From: Tubiluchus corallicola
Taxonomy: Eukaryota; Animalia; Priapulida
Reading direction: 5' to 3'
Assembly (NCBI GenBank): GCA_030141605.1
Contig: JAQGDQ010000115.1
Coordinates: forward strand, 1 to 64,000
DNA: 64,000 bases
Shown here: one piece after another, positions 63,070-64,000 of the stretch
Numbering within the stretch: position 1 is the stretch's first letter
How the letters are laid out: every line of letters begins with the position of its first letter
Program-made: the position numbers and the translations under genes
Notes under the pieces: generated by a model
Databases searched by the model: none
Told to the model about the DNA's origin: nothing
What the model saw: only the letters and a program-made list of their open reading frames with translations

Positions 63070-63415
63070 TTCTCCTGCAGATATATTGCGGAAGACATAT
63101 TTTCGGAGATTTAGCTAGCCAAATTTATTAGTAATTCTATTGTTTTTTATACGAAAGAAATTGCTTGGCGTTCAAAAGCCAATATCCGAAAATTAAGATG
63201 GCTAGGATTCTTCTAAGATTACCACATGAAGCACCAGTAAGAATCGCCTTAAAGGAAACCTTAAAACCTTGCAAAAACACCTGGTAAACCTAAAACAAAT
63301 TGGATAGCTAAGATAAATAAAGACGTTCAACAACTTCAACCATATCTATCTTTAAGAGTAGAAAAACTTACGCTGTTAGCTGCAAATAGAAGTGGGTGGA
63401 ATACTTTGATAAATA
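63070..63415 (+). mobile_element. Decayed RTE-type LINE ORF2 C-terminal fragment
   Basis: RKLRWLG..LRLP.EAP.RIAL, then a frameshift, then PGKPKTNW..INKD..AANRSGW. Confidence 0.65.
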
Positions 63416-64000
63416 TTCAATGTCTACAATAGATGGAACGAGACGTTAAAGAATGATTGCTTTTTAATGTTTTTACGATTACTAATGGCAACCTCATTGT
63501 TAACTGTTATGTTGTAAACATATAGCAAAGCACTCATGACTCTTAACTGTACCGTCACTGTACGACTGTGTTGCAGTATATCACTTATGACACACAATCT
63601 CAGTAATAACATCATTATCTTACAAAAATTCTCATTTCTTGCTGGTATTATTCAATGTTTCTCGCCTTGTAAAGGGTATATTAGTTCCTATAGTTGGGTT
63701 GGAAACAATGTAGCAAGAAGTTTGTTTCTTAAAACATGTTCAGGTTGAAGAGTGTACTGCAGTAATTTGGCTTATTGTAGTAAACCAAACAAATAGCAGG
63801 ACAGCATTTTGGACTTTGGCCCTGGAGGTCACAGCCAAACTGACCACTCAAATATAGAAAATTTGTGGTGTTTCAGTGTTAGGGACTCTGCAAGCTTATC
63901 TTATTAACTAATTGATAAAAATGCTAAATTATACCCCTGTTTGGGGGTAAAGATTGCCACACACCAAACAAATATCACGAAAATACACACAATCCCGAGT

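Overview
AT-rich eukaryotic DNA with GT-AG introns and many repeats. It is most likely from a marine invertebrate (inference; the taxon cannot be fixed from the sequence). I assembled four spliced + strand genes by hand, all phase-consistent. (1) 4512-10293, 4 exons, 418 aa: a type II membrane protein with an RVKR furin site, an LNR module and three Cys-rich YRDDTDGRGGGC repeats resembling the accessory domain of perivitellin-2-type invertebrate MACPF proteins, but with no MACPF domain. (2) 15570-20647, 4 coding exons, 318 aa: a secreted protein with EGF, CxxC-(GPP)3 and a Gly/Tyr/Arg/Asp/Glu repeat tail. (3) 22079-31234, 4 exons, 335 aa: an SLC10/BASS transporter with substituted Na+-site residues (E>Q, Q>K, S>A). 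(4) 42711 to beyond the window end: a secreted tandem pentraxin-domain gene whose exon structure records duplication and fusion, with an orphan dead exon copy at 36859. The rest is MITEs (Kolobok-, Harbinger-, Tc1/mariner- and pogo-like), RTE/CR1-type LINE remnants, solo-LTR candidates, large inverted repeats, minisatellites and microsatellites. Most ORFs in the supplied track are repeat artefacts. No rRNA, intact tRNA or CRISPR array was seen.
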